From positions 5,518,001 to 5,582,000 of the forward strand of contig CATNEN010000025.1 of the NCBI GenBank assembly GCA_950097015.1: 64,000 bases of DNA, written 5' to 3'. The stretch is from Macrostomum hystrix (taxonomy: Eukaryota > Animalia > Platyhelminthes). A program made the position numbers and the translations under genes. The first letter of the stretch is position 1. Each line of letters opens with the position of its first letter. The notes beneath the pieces are model-generated. The model did not search any database. It saw nothing but the letters and a program-made list of their open reading frames with translations, and was not told where the DNA came from. Below, one piece after another: positions 63,301 through 64,000 of this stretch.

Positions 63301-64000
63301 CCTTCTGATCTCGAGTTGGGAATCCCCTTTGATCTCAAGCTGGGAATCCCCTTCTGATCTCAAGTTGGTAATCCCTTCTGATCTCAAGTTGGGAATTCCC
63401 TTTGATCTCAAGCTGGGAATCCCCTTCTGATCTCAAGTTGGGAATCCCCTTCTGATCTCGAGTTGGGAATCCCCTTCTGATCTCAAGTTGGGAATTCCCT
63501 TCTGATCCCAAGTTGGGAATCCTTTTCAGATCTTAATGTATATGTTTATTACTTATATTTCGAGCCTATCTTGGGAACTAAAAAATATTATCTTAATCTT
63601 CTTTCTTCCTCTTAGGTTGCTCCTCTCTACGATGACGTCACATCTGCTCTGGTTAGCGCCACAGCCAAGCTGTGCGCCAGTCCGCGCTTGAACTATTTTG
63701 TCCAGTCCTGTTGTTCGCATGGCTGGCAGCGTCTAGTTGAACAGGCGGCCGTGCCTCAGGCGGCGCTGCAGACTCTGATAGCCAAGGTGGCGCTGAGTCC
63801 TCGCGGACCCGGCCTGTGCCACCTGACGCCTAGCCTGGCCCTGCTCGTAGCCTCCCTGGCCAAGTGTCCGGAATCGGCGGCTCTGGAACGCGTCGACTCG
63901 GCCTGCAAACTGTTGGCCAAAGCCGCCGATCCGTCCGAGGGCCTGCTCTGGTCGCGCGCTCTGCCGCCACTCATGCTGAGACTGTTTGGCCGGCAGGCCG
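43367..64000 (+). CDS. HTT: huntingtin ortholog (HEAT-repeat scaffold), 16 exons in window, about 2740 aa, 3' end beyond window
   Basis: join(43367-43461,43559-43817,45244-46743,46984-47679,48424-49025,49352-49604,51355-52026,53304-54226,55673-56059,56506-57007,57458-58330,58542-58828,59335-59388,61273-61654,62644-62994,63616->64000), phase-consistent. Diagnostic HTT motifs in order: DKLLKAFESL (N17), CDDANDSVRNLANETLN, RRTAA, IFGLNLA, VLDLFCTLMLLGTNYSSLD, CKRGAL, VSAVHRN, LGWTSRQQFEETW, SCLQFLMDLF..W, LVSDL, HPHED, GSLHAALYLL. Confidence 0.96.
43559..43817 (+). CDS. HTT: HTT exon 2
   Basis: LRKKDG..KKQACHLLAESI..LCDDANDSVRNLANETLNAVMK; donor AAG|GTGAGA. Confidence 0.92.
43926..45135. repeat. 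18-bp minisatellite (GGGCGAGAGTAGTAGATA)n in HTT intron 2
   Basis: 18-bp period; LLSPYL repeat ORFs on the minus strand. Confidence 0.95.
45244..46743 (+). CDS. HTT: HTT exon 3 (N-HEAT and acidic disordered region)
   Basis: VMQRDGIQPRVVKAALCRFA..RRTAATFVAEIC..acidic stretch..VKVHLKMDAIGCL; donor GAG|GTGAGT. Confidence 0.92.
46763..46948. repeat. 16-bp minisatellite (CAGAATCCCAATCGAT)n in HTT intron 3
   Basis: About 11 copies read directly. Confidence 0.92.
46984..47679 (+). CDS. HTT: HTT exon 4
   Basis: LKSSYALLTAELCSLLSGVPF..LLGHSDRQVQSAACHLLVR; Q-rich insert; donor CAG|GTAAAA. Confidence 0.92.
48150..48360 (-). mobile_element. SINE family A copy in HTT intron 4
   Basis: Minus strand: A box TAGCCCAGTGGT, B box AGTTCGAGTC, body TTTACCCAGCTGTGAAA..CAGCATTAGCTGG..CCCCAGTCCATGGAC. 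Confidence 0.7.
48424..49025 (+). CDS. HTT: HTT exon 5
   Basis: THSDLLAAIANLV..LLHHLLRLLGAFQ..LYARMQESVRKAYRSYR; donor AG|GTTTGT. Confidence 0.9.
49352..49604 (+). CDS. HTT: HTT exon 6
   Basis: LLRLRPTTSKCIGLVNALMRAIFGLNLAAF; phase 2 in, phase 0 out. Confidence 0.88.
49672..51335. repeat. 25-bp minisatellite (CAATGACCGATTCCTTCTCATCCTT)n filling HTT intron 6
   Basis: GACCG at 49981, 50006 and 50031; about 66 copies. Confidence 0.97.
51355..52026 (+). CDS. HTT: HTT exon 7 (boundaries ambiguous)
   Basis: YIKPFQSVVVAAMRMY..VLDLFCTLMLLGTNYSSLD..KLLQLADSLLAAG. Acceptor 51354 or 51360; donor after 52026 (GT) or 52011 (GC). Confidence 0.85.
52085..52230 (-). mobile_element. internal fragment of SINE family B in HTT intron 7
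   Basis: Reverse complement matches 37222-37340 closely. Confidence 0.78.
52222..53110. repeat. 31-bp minisatellite (TCTGTCTGTTCTGTAAGAGGATTTAGGGAAA grading to TCTAGCTGTTCTGTATTTGGATTTGGGGAAG)n
   Basis: 31-bp period (52321/52352); variant switch near 52680. Confidence 0.95.
53304..54226 (+). CDS. HTT: HTT exon 8
   Basis: DALSPIVDDLF..LESQRDFAANLLLR..WLRLSRSVADALL..TTQPRLVIVYCYLL; donor CG|GTGAGA. Confidence 0.9.
54285..54417. repeat. CT-rich (CTCTCACT/CTCTCACC)-type array
   Basis: Direct reading. Confidence 0.85.
54598..54707 (+). promoter_or_regulatory. tRNA-type (type 2) Pol III internal promoter with terminator, enclosing the hammerhead
   Basis: A box TAGCCTAATGG 54605-54615, B box GGTTCGAATCC 54682-54692, TTTTTT 54702-54707. 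Confidence 0.75.
54633..54675 (+). ncRNA. type I hammerhead ribozyme (minimal stem III)
   Basis: Stem I ACTCTA(54633-38)/TGGAGT(54670-75), core CTGATGA(54639-45), stem II GCTC-CAAAAA-GAGC(54646-59), GAAA(54660-63), stem III AC-GC-GT, cleavage triplet GTC (cut after 54669). All canonical core nucleotides are present in the correct order. Confidence 0.9.
54760..55095. repeat. CT-rich (CTCTCACT/CTGTCTCACC)n array
   Basis: Direct reading. Confidence 0.9.
55673..56059 (+). CDS. HTT: HTT exon 9
   Basis: WGYFEEDWW..YNAQLCKRGALCVLADW..LVSAVHRNRLASEML; donor AG|GTGAGA. Confidence 0.92.
56100..56436. repeat. 23-bp minisatellite (TCTGTAATTCCCTGAGTTACATG / ...TTTCGGG)n in HTT intron 9
   Basis: 23-bp period, about 14 copies. 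Confidence 0.93.
56506..57007 (+). CDS. HTT: HTT exon 10
   Basis: FIFSSPSGALLAVRRRAESVAISRLNML; donor AAA|GTAAGA. Confidence 0.88.
57031..57424. repeat. perfect 14-bp minisatellite (TCTGGGATCAAGGA)x28 in HTT intron 10
   Basis: No variant monomers seen. Confidence 0.98.
57458..58330 (+). CDS. HTT: HTT exon 11
   Basis: VMSDPKFSLHHLESCIRL..VALARLPHFNDSLRVP..LKDPRVLQE. Confidence 0.88.
58368..58500. repeat. 38-bp minisatellite (ACACTGCTCAAATATATCCCACAGCTCATACAGTACAG) x~3.5 in HTT intron 11
   Basis: ACACTG at 58368, 58406, 58444 and 58486. Confidence 0.9.
58542..58828 (+). CDS. HTT: HTT exon 12
   Basis: LLGWTSRQQFEETWVSLISVLNP; donor CC|GTGAGT. Confidence 0.94.
58850..58975 (+). mobile_element. 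degenerate SINE family A relic
   Basis: B box GGGAGTTCGAATCTC (58898-58912) followed by TTTAGCAAGA and CCAGCATTAG as in family A. Confidence 0.45.
59335..59388 (+). CDS. HTT: HTT exon 13 (54-nt small exon)
   Basis: Acceptor ACTTTCAG, FADVRCCVLQPIMNKLM, donor AG|GTAGCT; phase 2 on both sides, compatible with its neighbours. Confidence 0.7.
59924..60327 (+). other. multi-hairpin structured element in HTT intron 13 (foldback/MITE-like or structured RNA)
   Basis: 17-bp perfect IR 59924-40/60084-100, 12-bp stem 60005-16/60025-36, ~21-bp G.U-containing stem 60129-49/60184-205, 11-bp IR 60225-35/60317-27. Confidence 0.55.
60690..61095. repeat. 53-bp minisatellite (…GGCAACCCCAACAAGCCCATACCCCAATGTACACTCACTCCCGGAAAA…) x~8 in HTT intron 13
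   Basis: GGCAACC at 60721, 60774 and 60827. Confidence 0.93.
61273..61654 (+). CDS. HTT: HTT exon 14
   Basis: SINLERVGDVLAYNLNQI..DTRSCLQFLMDLFHSW..LVSDL..HPHED; donor CAG|GTGGGA. Confidence 0.9.
61745..62632. repeat. 16-bp palindromic minisatellite (CTGATCCCATATCAGT)n in HTT intron 14
   Basis: CTGAT-CCCAT-ATCAG hairpin in the monomer; runs into the 3' splice site. Confidence 0.95.
62644..62994 (+). CDS. HTT: HTT exon 15
   Basis: VQMGSLHAALYLLQ..LALSAAFQ; acceptor CCCTTTCAG. Confidence 0.88.
63018..63525. repeat. 25-bp minisatellite (GGGAATCCCCTTCTGATCTCAAGTT)n in HTT intron 15
   Basis: GGGAAT at 63071, 63096 and 63121. Confidence 0.95.
63616..64000 (+). CDS. HTT: HTT exon 16 (partial, C-HEAT)
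   Basis: SCCSHGWQRLV..SLALLVASL..ALERVDSAC..WSRALPPLMLRLF; open to the window end. Confidence 0.85.

Overview
Eukaryotic (metazoan) genomic DNA with spliceosomal GT-AG introns and no prokaryotic features. GC-rich exons, minisatellite-filled introns and tRNA-derived SINEs suggest an invertebrate, possibly a flatworm such as Macrostomum (inference only). Bases 1-32 kb are mostly tandem repeats: a 31-bp satellite with a 3,671-bp higher-order repeat, a 12-kb 18-bp satellite and many smaller arrays. All multi-kilobase ORFs in the track there are explained by stop-free repeat monomers. Two spliced genes are divergently arranged. One is a 7-exon STPG2-like (sperm-tail PG-rich repeat) gene on the minus strand (39490-33038). 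The other is a huntingtin ortholog on the plus strand (from 43367, 16 exons in the window, running off the end). It keeps an N17-like start without a polyQ, and 11 of its 15 introns each carry a different minisatellite. The most striking element is in htt intron 8 (about 54418-54800). It is a minimal type I hammerhead ribozyme placed between a Pol III A box and B box, followed by a T6 terminator, bracketed by an 18-bp inverted repeat and a ~57-bp direct repeat (326-bp unit). This looks like a retrozyme or Sm-alpha-like mobile ribozyme cassette. A second multi-hairpin element lies in htt intron 13.
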